Assembly (NCBI GenBank): GCA_032718475.1
Contig: JAUCBJ010007821.1
Location: forward strand, 81,428-145,427
Length of the DNA stretch: 64,000 nt
Direction: 5' to 3'
From: Nemertoderma westbladi
Taxonomy: Eukaryota > Animalia > Xenacoelomorpha
Shown here: one piece after another, positions 23,633 through 35,084 of the stretch
How positions within the stretch are numbered: the stretch's first letter is position 1
Layout: each line of letters begins with the position of its first letter
Notes under the pieces: generated by a model
The model's input: the letters and a program-made list of their open reading frames with translations, nothing else
The model's database searches: none
What the model was told of the DNA's origin: nothing
Program-made: the position numbers and the translations under genes

Positions 23633-24664
23633 TTATAGGCCTACAAAGTGCCGGGAAGTATGATATGGTGACCCTGAAAAGTGGGAGGGAGGGGCGTAAC
23701 CTAGATTCCAATATTCTAGACATTAACATAAATGTACATTTTCTGATTTCTCAGTAAATACGCTTATAATCACTCATGGCATTTCATCTAACATTGAATA
23801 CATTTCAAGCGTACTCGACACACGCGACTTCGTTGGTATTCAAGAGCACTGGCTCGATACATTAGAATCCCGCTCCCGTCTACCAAATCACAACCAAATC
23901 CAAAATACCAAATCCCAACTTCCACTGTGTGTATAGCATAAGCGACAAGATAATGGAATGGTTGGAATTCACGGTGGGCGGAGTAATGGATCAAGGTACC
24001 TAATTATTTCCAGTTACGCACCCGACAGCAACAAGAGCGTGGAACATGGGATCTCTAGGTACCGAGTTCAATTCCCCATTCCGATGAATGTTTTTGTTGT
24101 TGTAAGATTGGTAGTAAGCCATTCAAGGAGACAGTTCATACGTTAGTAAACGCGGACCTTTGCGCGATTTCGCGCTTGTTTCTAGCTATTTTTTCAGGCT
24201 ACTCTCATAATAGAAAATATAATAATGTCTTAGAACTATCTAGAACTTAAATAAAATATGTAAATAAATATATAATATATATGGCGTTCTAGAACACGGC
24301 ATTGTTGCCATAGTAACAATGATTAAAGGTATATTCTAGAACATTTTAATTCAAATATCAATTTTGTGGGAAAATGTTCTAGAACAAGTAAGGAAATAAA
24401 AAATTGATGTTATAGAACGAATAGTTAAAAATCATTTATCAATATCGTTTATTGTCAGTTATTATTATGTTATGATAGCAGAATTTATTGGGGATTTGAA
24501 CTGAAAACCGCTTAGAGAGATGCAAAAAGTGTGTGAGAAATATAAGATAATGTGATAAATGTGATGTATGATGTGATAAAATGTGATAAATATGAAAATG
24601 AACATGCTGGTTCTAAAAAATGTGGTATCGGAAATAAAAATGGAATATAACGAAGGAGTAGTAT

Positions 24665-25116
24665 CCTTCACCCGCAGGAATTTCTACAAATCTCACGCAG
24701 GCTGCTAGGGGGTGCCAATTTTCTATGTATTTTTGATGATTCTCTTTTTGATGGTATATCGTTTTTTCAACGGTACGCAGCAAACTTTGCACGCGAGAAT
24801 GCTTCGCCCGCATCCAATGTTTGCCCGAAGCAATCTTCGCCCTCAAAATGAGCAACTATCGCCTGGCGGAAACCTTCACCCGCAGGAATCTTCGCCCAAT
24901 AAACAATTATTGTTTTGGATAGAAAAAGCCGTCTCTGTAACCTGCTCCTTTCCCTCAATTAGTAACACCATCGTTTATTGTTTTGGTTAGAAAAGGCCGT
25001 CTCCTTCCCTCAATTTGTTACTAAAATAGCTACTAACACAAATTGGGCGAAGGTTGCTCGCGGGCGAAGATTGCCTGGCGGGCGAAGGATGTACGCGGGC
25101 GAAGATAGCGCCCAAA
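24665..25116. mobile_element. Foldback/MITE-like element with CTTCGCCC / GGGCGAAG subterminal repeats
   Basis: Several CTTCGCCC(G) motifs on the left and inverted GGGCGAAG motifs on the right. Paralog at about 46548-46986. Boundaries approximate. Confidence 0.5.
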
Positions 25117-25403
25117 CTTTTTCAACCACATTGGAGACATGTACAAAATAATTAGGAAGTGGTTACTGACCGGACCCATTGACCGGAGCCTCTAAATACC
25201 GTATTGAAGCTTTATATTTGATTTATATTTTAGTTGTTTATTATTGACCAGACCATTATTACCACAATTACGTAATCTGCATAATCTTGTAACATGTATT
25301 AACTTTAGTTTATTCTTTTGCTTCCCCCAACGCAGAACACGCCTCTGTAACGTGCTCCTTTAAATGGCAATGGGTGGTCCGGTCAATCATGCAATTGGTC
25401 CGG

Positions 25404-25941
25404 TGTAACAGGCTGAGATTACTCCCCAGCAAATATCACTCCCCAGTCTTCTCAGACTAGGCTGAGAACACTCCCCAGTTTTCTCCTTAGATTTTATAAT
25501 TAACGGAAAGGAGCAGGTTACAGTGGCGGGCTTTTCTAACCAAAACAATAAACGAAAACTCAATAACATAGGTTACAGTTTATTTTTGCAATATTCGAAA
25601 ATAACACAGGTATGGATGGATATGAATTATAACTCAATTAGGGGAGTCATATCAGCCTAATAACTGGGGAGTGTTCTCAGCCTAGGCTGAAATAACTGGG
25701 GAGTGTTCTCAGCCTAGGCTGAAATAACTGGGGAGTGTTCTCAGCCTAGGCTGGACTGGGGAGTGTTCTCAGCCTAGGCTGAGATAACTGGGGAGTGTTC
25801 TCAGCCTAGGCTGAACTAACTGGGGAGTGTTCTCAGCCTAGGCTGAGATAACTGTGGAGTGTTCTAAGCCTAGGGTGAGACAACTGAGGAGTGTTCTGAC
25901 TGGGGAGTCATTTCAAGAGGGAGTTATCTCAGCCTTGTACA
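25404..25941. mobile_element. Non-autonomous TIR element with TGT...ACA ends and CCGG TSD (Ginger-like), internal ~32-bp tandem repeat
   Basis: Imperfect TIRs TGTAACAGGCTGAGATTACTCCC / GGGAGTTATCTCAGCCTTGTACA. CCGG at 25400-25403 and 25942-25945. Repeat ACTGGGGAGTGTTCTCAGCCTAGGCTGAAATA at about 25662-25880. Confidence 0.7.
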
Positions 25942-26310
25942 CCGGTCAGTAGCATAGACGGAATTACAAAAACGGAATACAGATTAAATGTCCATTTGAT
26001 ATCCTAATCTAATATGGCACTGCCAATAAGATACGGGCCTACTAAAAATAAATGTATTATTAAATATTTAACCGAAAAGTAATATATAATATGCAATAAT
26101 TTTACCAACTGAAGCTATTTTAAACATTATTGCACCAAATGTAAAATATATTCTAAATAAAATAAAGTACCTGGTACCCAGTAAAATATTTATATTACAA
26201 TCCCATATCACAGTGCCGAAGTATGTTGTATAGTTTAGGCCAGGTTGATCTGGCCAATATTAGCAGCACGTTCCGGTCGAATGCCGCAAACCAATTTCCA
26301 TTTGCATTTC

Positions 26311-26538
26311 CTAGTGTTGCAACAGTTCAAACTGGGACGGTTTTGGGTATAGAGTCTCCAAGAGTTCCCTCACGATTCCCTTAACAATGTGGGCATTGGG
26401 TTTGTTTTGATCGACGCCATCATTAATACAAATAAACTTCTTAGTGTGGCGACGGTATTCATCCATCTGTTTTTTTGTTTCGGAAACGCTGTTTGTTAAA
26501 TACACATATTGCTCGTGGTAGGTTGACATGGCTTCAAG
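26311..26538 (-). CDS. Stealth/GNPTAB-like gene copy 1, putative exon 2 (CR4)
   Basis: KKFICINDGVD...LETLYPKPSQFEL matches Stealth CR4. In frame with exon 1 if 26539-27407 is spliced out. Confidence 0.75.
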   Translation of the reverse strand, partial: LEAMSTYHEQYVYLTNSVSETKKQMDEYRRHTKKFICINDGVDQNKPNAHIVKGIVRELLETLYPKPSQFELLQH

Positions 26539-27410
26539 CTTCCAGAAAATTTGAAACCTTCCGGAAACCACAATTTTTCATCGAAAATCTCGAATTTTGA
26601 ATTAATTGATTCCAGTGTCCCAACCCCCTAGATTAAGTGTGAAAGTGAGCAATATTTGGGGATGGTTGAGTAGGGCGGCAGCACTTAAGCTGATTTTAAT
26701 TCTTAAGTTATTAATTTATACCAATTTGAGTGTTATTCTAATTAGATACATAGGCTTTCTGGCTTAAAATAAAAGAATCCAAATAATAATTTGACTGCAA
26801 GTTCTCAAGTTCGATGTTAATTCTGTAATTGTACCAAGTTTTTTATTTACAGTTAGTTAGTATGGATGGAATTCACGAATAATTTAACAACTGATCACAG
26901 GCTGTTTAGTTAGTAGGACAGTAGTATGGCTTCAGTCAATCTGATAGTAGCACTAGCGCATAAAAGTCTGATAGTTTCTACCGGATACAAACTGAAAGTA
27001 AATGATCTAACAGAAAATAATATAACCTGGTAGTCGTAGTAGTGTAGTACCGGTAAGTTTTTTGTGGAACTAAATGATATTCCGAAGCAATTTTATTCAG
27101 CAAAATTATAAAAACAAGATACAGAAAATCAGTTTTTGTGTGGAAATAAATTCTATTCAGAAGCATTTTTAATAGACTGGGCCATATATTGACATGAAAT
27201 TCAGAAATATGGAGTATATTGTTTGACTTTATAAATTCTTATAAATTCGATCTACTTTTGATGGTTTAAATTGTACTGTACGTACAGTACTAAATTCTCT
27301 TTCCCTTTAATCTCAGGTTTTTAGGGAGTGAAAAATCTCAAAAATCTTCGAAATTTATCAGAATCTTACGGAAACCTAGTTTCCGGGTTTCCAAATTTTG
27401 TGGAGACCTG
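26535..27410. mobile_element. hAT-like non-autonomous element inside the Stealth ORF (candidate transposon-derived intron)
   Basis: 8-bp TSD CATGGCTT (26527-26534) / CATGGTTT (27411-27418). Imperfect TIRs CAAGCTTCCAGAAAATTTGAAACC vs CAGGTCTCCACAAAATTTGGAAACC. Confidence 0.85.
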
Positions 27411-28727
27411 CATGGTTTCGAACTGATATTTATTGCGACTGCTGTAGATAGAGGATTTATTTATCATCAACAGGAGAGGTTTACATGAAAGGAAGATTTC
27501 TCTAGATACTGTTCGGCTGGTTGAGTTGCTGTCCTTGTCTAACTGCAGCGATTTATCTGTGTTACTTTCAATGCAGTCGGATATGACATTCTCCATTTCA
27601 GCTAATCTGGAGTTTGATAGCGGTATTGGGTAAAGCCTGCTTGCGAGCACTCTCAACTCTCTGTTGGATAGCACCCCGGAGTCGTCTGTGTCGAGATTAT
27701 CAAAAACTTGGCTAAAATCAAGTTCCACTTTGGCATCCATCAGATAGTTGAAGTAGGAGAAGGCAAATTGCATATCTTCATCGTGACGTAGTTTATGGGA
27801 AGCTGTTTTAAGGAATTCTTCATGAAAGATTTCATGTAATTCCTCTATAATTCGTTTATTGAGAAATAACGGCGTATGGGATATCGAATACCGGGTCTTG
27901 CGCCCAAACATTTTGTTATATAATTCATTCACATAAGTCAAAGTATTGACGTAATTGCCGAATGGCCTGTTGTTTTTTTTTCCAGGTGCGGCAAAATTCG
28001 TCTTGTAGATACGCGGTCCATTGGTGCGTGTGATAAAGTCTGAGGGCCAGATTGGCGCACCAAACATAACATCATCATTGAGGTAGAGGAAGTTCTCGGA
28101 GAGACCTGGAATGCGATGAAGTTGAGACTCTATTGCGGGGGAACCGAAGGTGGGAAGATTCGACTTGTTAGCAAATATCTCATTGTGAGTTACTATGGTA
28201 ACCCGGGGATTGCTAAGGTTCAACCAGTATGGGATTTGCCCATTGGTCACGATGTAAATGTGTCGAAGCCACGGGGCATACAGGTCAACAGAACGTAGGG
28301 AGTATCGCAACTCCTCGTTGTCATAAAAATGGTTGGTACTTGTACGACCCACGACCGATTGTTGACTCTTCACCCTCATTTCCATGTTCATCTCCCATTC
28401 CAATTCCCTTTGGACTTTCTCCAATTCTACTAACATTTCAGGGTCTGAACCATTCACCCAGGTGTAGACTAAGTCTACAGGAAACAGTTTGTCAGGATGT
28501 AAGTCATTCATCCATGTGCTGTCTAAGACATCACGTAATTGCTTGGTGGGGTTTAATACCTTCTTCCAGGGATGCAGATTCAGTGGTAAGGAATCATAAA
28601 TATTATCATTGTGTTTGACTTCTGTCGTGAAATATACCACGAAAGGCAGAAGGAGTATGAAACCAGCTAGACATATCTTCAAATGATGGGCCTGTCTCAC
28701 TGATGAGCGCACACATCTAGGCAACAT
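27408..28727 (-). CDS. Stealth-family GlcNAc-1-phosphotransferase (GNPTAB-like) copy 1, exon 1: signal anchor, CR1, CR2, CR3, EF-hand
   Basis: [18 protein letters not shown]; CR1 [14 protein letters not shown]; CR2 EELRYSLRS...IVTNGQIP...SPAIE...FLYLNDD; CR3 SHTP...[11 protein letters not shown]; EF-hand [12 protein letters not shown]. Confidence 0.92.
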
Positions 28728-29679
28728 TGTAATGTTTAAGAAATCTAACTTTATTTAATTAATTCAATAACTCTTTACAATGTACATAAATATATATATA
28801 TATTAATATACATATATATTTACATAAATAAACACGGATCATAAACCATGAACGGGAACAACTTTTCATACAATTATGTACATATATGTAATTTACTGTA
28901 GTTTAAATTATGTCAACTTATCAGCTATCTGAACGCTTAATTAATCACTTTGTCAACTGGTCCCGGTCAACTGGCCCGGTCCATATATTGTCATAAAAAA
29001 GTTACAATATAGTAATTACATCGAGACACGAGAACCACCATAGATTAGATTTGAACTATAAATACAGCTACTACTAGAAACTTTATCCAAATTCACATGG
29101 AAAACAAGAAAAATAAAAGTAAATTCCAAGACGGGATTGTCTAGTAGAGCTCATAACGGTTGGAAAACACTGAGCCGCATAAAAATAATGAGGGTAAGTT
29201 AAAGCTAAGTGTTGATAAGAGTTAAGAAAAGAGATTAAGCTAAGCTAGTGTAAGCTAGTAAGTTATAACAAGAAGTTTCTGGCGGCAATGTTTTGTACAA
29301 AATATTTATTTTTATTTTATTGCTAGAGGAAGTTAACGAGGTCTATTTACTACATGATATACTGTATTATTATGCGCCATGATGAATTTTAAAAATATAA
29401 TAAACACGGAGAGGAGAAAACGACAGCTATAATAACACCAACAGTAACGGCAGTGGACTAACTCAACTAATGGGGAGGGGAGGGGGGCTGGTTAGATAAC
29501 ATGTAAAATCAATCAGTTTCAAATATATGGCGCTTCAGGGATGACGAAAATTATGATTTGGAAGCTTTGTTTTTAATTTCACTGGTAACATTATGTTCAA
29601 CGATACCCCCTGCTCTGTCACTCTACAATTCTGGGCAGGCATCGGAGAAAATGGTCCTAGTCATTGTCAATGGAATAAA

Positions 29680-30856
29680 TAGCATTTTTATTAAATCGCA
29701 TCATGGATCCCATTGAGAGACTGCTCCGTGGAAATCAGAATGGGTTCTGTAAAGGTCGTGGTACCATGGAGCCCATTTTGGCACTTAGAAGGATAATTGA
29801 AGAGTTATCAAAAAAGAAAGACTTTAGGCATCTGGGTGTTATCTTTGTTGACTTTTTCAAGGCCTTTGATTCAGTCTCTTGCTCACGTATGTTCAGCATA
29901 CTTTCATTATATGGGATTCCTGATGAAATTATTGCAGCAATCAGATCAGTATACGATGGTTCGACAACATTTGTATCTACTGTTGATGATGGCACAGAAC
30001 CATTTGAAGTATTATGGGGAGTCCTCCAAGGAGACACACTTGCGCCATTCTTGTTCATAATTGTGGTTGACTATGTTCTACGCATGTCCTTAGATCATCA
30101 TAATGATGATGGGGTGATGGTAATTCCACCTACTGGCTCTAGAAGTCGAGGAAATCCTGCCAAGTACCTAACTGATCTAGACTTTGCTGATGACTTAGGA
30201 GTTCTCTCAGAATCACTAGAGGGAGCCCAATGGCTCCTCAGCTCATTAGAACAGGCTGCTTCTAGTGTTGGTCTTTTTTATTAACTCCAAAAAGACCAAA
30301 ATTGTGACAGTTAACTTTGAAAGTCCTCAGTAAGTCTCTGACCGGATGAGCATAAGCTCAAAGGATGGTATGCTTGAGCATGTAGACGACTTCTGTTATC
30401 TGGGATCATGGATCCGGAAGTCAGGTGAGGACCTTCGAATACTTAATTGAAAGGCATGTGCAGACTTGAATGGGCTTTCCATAATTTAGAAGTCACATAG
30501 AATTCATCGGAAACTTAAGGTCCGATTATTTAGAGCAGCAGTAGTTCGCTGGAACTACTGCTGGGCTCTAACTGCTGAGGACACCAAATCTCTGGATGGC
30601 ACATTCACAAGAATGCTACGCCGGTTTCACTGTATCGTGTACAATGCACACATCTCCAACCAGACACTATATAACATTGGAGGTGTCTTATTGGTTCCCC
30701 CAACTTGACAATAGAACAAAGCCGCCTCCGCTTTGCAGGACATTGCTTTCGCCGTGAGGACCAACCAGTGCATAATCTTGTGCTTTGGCGGCCTCATGGA
30801 GTGAATAAGCATGGTGGACCGCCCATGACTTTCTTGAGACGCATCTTAAAGGACAC
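29680..30856 (+). mobile_element. RTE/RTEX-like LINE RT fragment, degenerate
   Basis: NQNGF, FVDFFKAFDSV, GVLQGDTLAPFLF, DFADD, followed by decayed YLGS and C-terminus. Confidence 0.85.
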
Positions 30857-31121
30857 TATGCCAACCATTGTGTGACTGTATTCGCTTTAAATATGAAGCG
30901 AGTTTGAAAGATGTCGTTCGCGGCGAATACATATTAAAATCGAGTTATATTGGTGTTGTAAGGGTCTAAGCCACGATTCTAAGTAAAACATATTCCTTTT
31001 ATCATATGGCCATTTCGTGTATTAACACACGTCTTCAGTGATATAAATATATAATAAAATGTTTACATAATTTACATATTAAAATAAGTACGTACGTGGT
31101 TAAATTGAATTGAATAATATA

Positions 31122-32822
31122 GGCTCATTCCATGCAAATGTCAACCCCAGTGCCAATTTTGAAATAAGTGAATAATTTCTTCTCATATCAATTTTCAGAA
31201 CCAATATATGATGCGGTTTACGAATTTAATACAAAAAATCGCATCAAAATTGGGTAACTTTCTGAAATCTGGTGTTATTCGCCCTTACCTCTCAAACTGA
31301 AAAAATACAGTTAACTGAGTGCATAATATGAGAACCGCGTTTTATGAGTATTTTTAGGAAGAAGGCAACGTAATAGAGTACTTTTTGAAGCAAAACAATC
31401 ATATTTTCTTATGAAATCATTTGCTGTCAATTAAAACAACGTTGTGTCTAAAAATTCAGTGCTCATAATCTGCTTACATCATAATGTCCCGCACTTTACG
31501 CTGAACACCATATTTTGTTTGTACAGGATAGACATATTACAATAGAATGATGATATGTCGTTTGCAAAGCACAAATATATGTATCTTTAATCTGGAGTAC
31601 TTAGTTTGTTTTTGGTGTTTCGTGTTATGTGGTAAACAGGTGTCCCGCACTTTACGTAAAGTGCGGGACAAAAAGTAGAAATATCAAAGGAAGTAAAGTA
31701 ATGTGTACTTAGATGGGAGAACTTCAACTGGAATAATCATAACAGACATTTTAACTTCATAGAAATCTCTGATATTAAGACACTATGAAAAAATGCATGA
31801 AGATCACATATATTTCAGTAAATAAAATATTCTCAAAATTGTAATTCCTCTATTTGTATTTGTATTAGTATTTCCAAACTCTGAATAATATTTGTAGGCC
31901 TGCCATTAACCTCTTCCTGGGTGGAGCATACTGCAAAGCTCCCGATATGATACGACCTAGACCGTACATGGTACGCTACTACAGTATTTAGTAACGGTTT
32001 TTGGGTGCACTACAGTTTCCTTGTCTAATCTGGCTATCTAATCTGTATTACATTAGGCCTACAGCGCACTTAAATGGTAATTTTACATAAGCCTAAAATA
32101 ATATTGAACTGGCTGGAGGTAATAATACAGCAAGTAGGAGCCACGCTGTACTAGGGCTAGGCTAAGGCTACAAATAAATGATACAAACAAATTTGCTATC
32201 GTCGTGCCTACTCTTCTGTTTTACTTACAGTATTATGCACTATATGTTGACCTCTATTTGTTTTTCCACTCCATTGGGGGGTATTCGTACATTGCCAGTA
32301 GTGGTGACAGAGCAATAATTTTGCGCCACTCTTTTTCATGCTGGGGCCGATTTTGAGAAAGGACAAGGAAAATCTTTGTTTGAAACTTTGTTACGTTAGG
32401 TACATATCACAACATTGGAATGCTAAAGCCCGTACAGCCGTATGTTGGAGGCCTATTAATTATATCTATAATGTTGTGTTAGTTGCATTGTCATTCATTT
32501 TTAAGTTCAAATTATATGTGGCAATCTCACTGAAAAGTTTATAACTATCACTTATTTAGTCTGAATAATGTAATAATTAACGATTTAATGTGTTTATAAA
32601 TGATAAAATCGTACGCGTCCCGCACTTTACAATTTTTTGAAGCAATAATTCTGAGACATAAACTGCTGCCGGTTTTCCAAACTGCTTTTTTTTACTGAAC
32701 CGATAATTGGTGTTTCTAAGAAACACAAGCATTATACTATTTTAGTTCATTTTCATGATGTACAGTGCTAAAGTATGCACAAAAAGTCGTACGAATGTCC
32801 CGCACTTTACATTGAATGAGCC
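31122..32822. mobile_element. Non-autonomous TIR DNA element, GGCTCATTC...GAATGAGCC
   Basis: Terminal inverted repeats; repeated GTCCCGCACTTTAC motif; 30-bp perfect palindrome at 31641-31670. Its 3' end recurs at 36110-36323 and its 5' end at 52901-52932. Confidence 0.7.
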
Positions 32823-32835
32823 AGATTAAGATTCA

Positions 32836-33065
32836 GTGGGCAATGCTGGTGAAGTAAAGACGAGGTCATACCAGATCTACATTTCTGGCAACCAACTCAT
32901 GGAAAGCCTAGTCGTGGACGACCGGCCATAACATATAGATCAACTTGAAAGGGATACTGAACTTGGGAGAAACGAAATTGCGACAACTATGGAGAATCGG
33001 GAAGCCTGGAAGGATTTCATTTCCACTGTCCGATTTCGCTCGACCTACTGTAGTAGTAATAGTAG
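32836..33065 (+). mobile_element. 3' end of an RTE-like LINE with (TAG)n tail
   Basis: Decayed WQPTHGKPSRGRP...MENREAW followed by TAGTAGTAATAGTAG. Confidence 0.65.
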
Positions 33066-33394
33066 ATCTTTAAGTGACCCCACTGAATTATTATTAATTC
33101 ATTTCAAACATCTAATTTCTTTCTGTAAATCTAATTATTAATTGCAGATTGATGGTAAATCTAATCCCTTCTCTAAACCATCGCTGAGGCATGAAACTGC
33201 CAGATAACCCAGAATTATGTTTAATATACATTTATTGACGTCATGATATCAAACTTATTGAACTTAACATACTCAGAAATAAATTAGTTGTAGTTGTAGT
33301 TTTTAGGTATGTTTTTTTAATAAACCCGCCATTTTGACAGCTTCCTCCTGTTTTTACAAAATATAAACCCCGCCACTCGATTCAGGGCACCTTG

Positions 33395-33418
33395 CCCCCC
33401 CCCCCCCCCCCCCCCCCC
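33395..33418. repeat. Poly(C) tract (G-run on the minus strand)
   Basis: About 24 consecutive C. Confidence 0.9.
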
Positions 33419-33760
33419 TTCTTCAATTGTTTCTAGCCGAACAATTTTTTCGCGCACAAATCCTATTCCATCAACATCAATCATTAATTCCTGGTTGTAT
33501 CATAATATTATATTTCAAAAAACCGTTCCTCAATTGTAATTAACACAGCTACTTCAACTAAAAGTTAAAAATTCCCAAAGACTCTGTTAATGGCAAGATA
33601 GATCTCTGAAATCATAAAATTAAAATGAAAATTACAAAATTAAAATGCACACTTAATGGCGTACACCTATAATATAATTGATACTATAAGATATTATACG
33701 CCGACTATTGTAGATAACAAGAGATTAATTGCAGTATATTAAGCAAAGCTCGCCCTCAAC

Positions 33761-33808
33761 CAAGGCGTCCTTTAATAATTTAATATAATTGTATTAAAGG
33801 ACGCCTTG
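33761..33808. mobile_element. 48-bp hAT-like mini-MITE
   Basis: 17-bp perfect TIRs CAAGGCGTCCTTTAATA; flanks CCCTCAAC / CCCACAAC (8-bp TSD, one mismatch). Confidence 0.7.
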
Positions 33809-35084
33809 CCCACAACCCATAGGTTTTAAAATTCTTTTAGGTTCTTAAAAGAACTTTAAATTTTTAAAGTTATTTTAATTTAAGGTTTTCAAATTAATGT
33901 ATCTTTTGATTTACCTCTAAATTAAATTTATTTCTTTCGATAAAGAACACATAAAGTTTATATTTTATAATTTGTGCCGTCTGGGAGCGGTGATCCTATA
34001 CAGCCGTGTTCTGTAGACGCAGCCAGCCGGCAGCAGCAAGCATCCGTGATGGCAATAGCTGATCCTTCAGTCAGGTTTCTGACAACACTAAAATCATCAG
34101 GAACATATATGCTATGCTTCAATCGAACACAGATTCCACTTGCCCTTAAATATCAGTACCCTCAGTAACTACAAGCATTACCCCAAGTATGGCCACAAAT
34201 AATATGCATACAGTTACATTCGCCATATTACTGGCTTTATTATTAGGTGCCATACGTTAGACGAACTGTCCCCTTTTGTCTCCTAGTACAGTATTATGCT
34301 GGGATTTCCAAGCTTGTAGTGTCTAATTTAATTGAATTCAATTTAAATTTAAATTATGATGTCTACTAATGTAGCCATGCTCCACAGAATGATTATATAT
34401 CACTGTAGAGATATATAGTGATATCACTAGTGTGTCTGATAACAATGTTGATGTATGAAACAGTATCAAGCAAACAAACAAATATGGATTTCACCGCATG
34501 AGATATTTTACAAGCTCACAGCTCAGTAACTCATACCGTAACAGTAACACAAGGGATTATATTCAATGGAATTTTAGTACAAGCGACTGTATTATCGATT
34601 AATATAGAGATATATGCAACATATTGCATAATTTAGTTACTGCTAATTTAGAATTCATTTGTTACGTCCAAAATATGATAATAATATTTAAGTTTAAGAT
34701 AAGAAAGGTGTTCTGTTAGTATGGGCCATTTGGGGCCTACCAGATGAAAATAAGGGGGGTGGGGTGGTGGTAGATGGGGGCACTAAAGATGTTAGCGGGT
34801 AAAAATAAACTGTGAGACATCAATCGGTAAAAACGAATCAGAGACGAAAAAATAATACAAAATCTACGTATTTTCAGCCTTGGCGGCAATGATCGAATCC
34901 CTATCGAATCCCTAAATCCCGATACCTCTAGACAGCTAGACTACCAGACTACTCGACAGCCAGAAAAAGCTATTAAATGATATTGCTGCAAAGACTATCT
35001 GGGAAGATATTGGGTGGAATAGCGAAATATGTGAATCTAATGATCTTAAGCGTCCAGAAGACAACGAGTTCCGTAGCTAGGAAG

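Larger units (their letters stand above)
18645..31153. repeat. Segmental duplication, copy 1 (paralog 42421-52932)
   Basis: Colinear high identity from CCACTGAAAAGGACAGG to CAACCCCAGTGC. Confidence 0.93.

Noticed and set aside
23418-23729. Stand-alone 103-aa Kelch gene
   Set aside because: Only one blade, lying inside a TIR element; the flanking residues come from the TIR and target sequence.
24465-25569. Short ORFs conserved between the two duplicates
   Set aside because: They overlap MITE repeats, have no recognisable domains, and their conservation reflects the recent duplication.
27366-28727. Bacterial Stealth gene acquired by horizontal transfer or contamination
   Set aside because: The EF-hand, signal anchor and motif wording match animal GNPTAB, and the gene is embedded in eukaryotic TEs.
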